From Camelus dromedarius (taxonomy: Eukaryota), in NCBI RefSeq assembly GCF_036321535.1, contig NC_087437.1, forward strand, positions 87,050,001-87,114,000: a stretch of 64,000 nt of DNA, in the 5' to 3' direction. Made by a program: the position numbers and the translations under genes. The notes under the pieces were generated by a model. The model did not search any database. It was not told the DNA's origin and worked only from the letters and a program-made list of their open reading frames with translations. Position 1 is the first letter of the stretch, and every line of letters starts with the position of its first letter. This document shows positions 61,605 through 64,000 of this stretch, piece by piece.

Positions 61605-64000
61605 AATTTAGGGGAAGTCCCCATAAACAGAACCATGAAGGGCACACATCTCACTCTTGTGACCCTAGTACAGGAGACTCTAGTTGAAATAAGAATATCA
61701 CAATGTCAAATGTTAAAAAAAAAAATCTATTGCTGATAATAAAATATGTAGTCATATAGGTGATAACATGTTACCATAGACCTGTCTTAATCTAAAGTAT
61801 ATCCAGAATTAATTTTAAAAGCATATGGTATATATAAGAATTTCTTAACGTCTGCATATTTCATATAAGTTCCATTAAATAAACATATGCTATAAAGGGA
61901 GTTCTTTGTTATTCTTATGATCTGGACCTTCTTTTAAAAGTTAATTGTTTGAATCTCTACCTTCAGAAAGCATTTCTTTTCCCTACTAACCTAGTGTTAT
62001 AAGAGAAGACTACAAGGCAAGCTCACAATTATGTTTCTCTAGTATATATTTAAACTACTAAACAATTCTCTTGGGTTTGAAGACCTGGTTTAAGTAGATT
62101 ACTGTGTAAAAATGTCTTGTAAATATAAATTGTAAATACAAAATAGGGAAGACTCTCCCCTTTCCTAATATTCCTCCTTCCACCCTATGCCATATTGCTC
62201 AGGCAAGAGGACAGTCCAGTCCAGTCCAATTCAAGTAACTGAATGATGTTTAAAGACATGCTTTCCCTATAGGATAACCTTTATTTTAGTTCAGATTTAG
62301 TGAGATTGAAGCCTCCAGTTTTCTGACCATGAGTAATTAAGAGATATTTATAAAAGGGGTAGTCACACTTTGAAAGATGGCCTAAGTATATTAAATGCTG
62401 TCAATATGGTGTTACTTCAAAAAGTTTTACTGTACTTACATAGAGTTAGCGCTGTATGGACAGGAACTTTTAAACTATTTTAGCAATAATTTCAGGATTT
62501 ACTAGACATATAATTATAAGTAGATACATTCATTATATAGCCTCTCCTATATTTACAGTAAATATAACATCACAGAAGGAAATAATACTAATCACAAAAC
62601 TACATATATAAAAATTATTTTCTATTTGATCAGTACAGAGGAGAGTGATGTCAGGCATGTATCATTATCGGCTGACACTAATTTTTTAACTAAGCGAAGC
62701 AAATTCCAAGGTATGTTTCTAAAACATTTTAATAAGAGCTTATAGAATTTTACTTTGACATTAAGTATGAGGTCTAAATGTGAATTAAAGAGATTATTTT
62801 AGTGTGGAGAAACACAAATTCAAAAGGCTAAAAGAAAAGTGAAAATATTGTTCATCATTTTCTAGTATTATTTTTATCAAATTGTGAGGTTCAATGGTCA
62901 GAGCAAATGGCTGTATCTGATATTATTTATGAAGGCTCTAATTAAGAAGGTTCAATGTTCCTTCCTTTTCTGTGATTTCTTCACCTAAAATATATAGTAT
63001 GTTTAAAAAATGGAAAGAAAGCAGCTAGTTCAACTCCACAGTGCAAGACAATGAGCCAACATATCATGTGATTTTGCTACTATTTGAAAAAGAAAAAGCT
63101 AACTCTATTTTTCTCTTTTCCAAATAAACTAACCACAAACCATAATTTCAAATAGATTTTCTTAATTTTGAGTTTATCTTTACCTATAAATTTCCCTATT
63201 AATTAACTAAATTCAGTTTCTAAGCCAACATGAAACAAAGTTATTATTTAGGAAAATTTATAGACACATCTCCCTAAATTGCTCCCTATTTACTTGAAAG
63301 AATATCTTAAAGTTTACATTTTCATAAGAAATTGACAATTGATCTTGACTCCCTTGTAAGTACAGCTTTCTAACAAATATAAATATGTAGTCTAAAGCTC
63401 AAGCTATACTGCATGTCTTCACAGATGCTAAAGGAACAGGAGTGCACTAATGATTAAAGGCTGTCCTAAGCCGGGCATGTTTTTTGAGAACTTTCATTCT
63501 TTTACTTTAAAAGAAAATGTAACTTTGAGATGGGAGGAGGGCATGGTGTTGGTGTGAATTACATGCATCTTTCAATCTAGTAAATCCATTCTTTTCAAAG
63601 AAAACCTCAAGACTTCCTAAAATATAAGTGTACTGTATCTGTCTCACTCATGTACTTGAGGGATTTTATCATTGGGAAAAAGAAAAAAGGGATAATACAC
63701 TAAAGCATATAATTTATAGTTATTAACAGAAAAAACTTTGCTTTTTAAAATGTAAACTTATAACTCCTGCTGGGATCAGAAGTATCATTTGCAGAACTCT
63801 TTTAACCAGTGTTTCACCTCTCCACTTGCCAATGCATAAATCTTTTTCTATTGCTTGGAATAGCTAAATGGCATCTGGCAATGGGGAATCACTAAACTGG
63901 GGGCAGGGGGAAGTAAAGTAAGTTTAAAGAAAATCAGCTAGAAGAACTAAGTTCTATCAATGTTTTCCCTGAATTATTTTCATCCTTTATACTATTACCT

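Overview
This is AT-rich, CpG-depleted mammalian non-coding DNA, not prokaryotic. A tRNA-derived SINE at 15.4-15.5 kb resembles the camelid vic-1 family, which points to a camel, llama or alpaca genome. I could not confidently identify any protein-coding exon, RNA gene or CRISPR array. The ORF track is chance ORFs plus decayed LINE-1 ORF2 pieces. The window is a mosaic of interspersed repeats separated by unique sequence: a ~5.2 kb ancient L1 with two nested insertions, several other L1 fragments, many L2 and MIR remnants, hAT and Tigger DNA transposons (MER58A/B, MER5A, MER82, MER47/Tigger5-like), an MLT1C LTR with internal sequence, and an RTE-type remnant. The best-supported unusual observations are (i) a young L1 insertion with a perfect 17-bp TSD and an apparent ~41-bp 3' transduction, (ii) two multi-layer nested-insertion clusters, and (iii) weaker splice-signal and regulatory candidates that would fit a long intron, possibly of a minus-strand gene. 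I found no convincing evidence of a novel biological system. Repeat subfamily names come from recalled consensus sequences, and boundaries are approximate unless TSDs or TIRs are cited.
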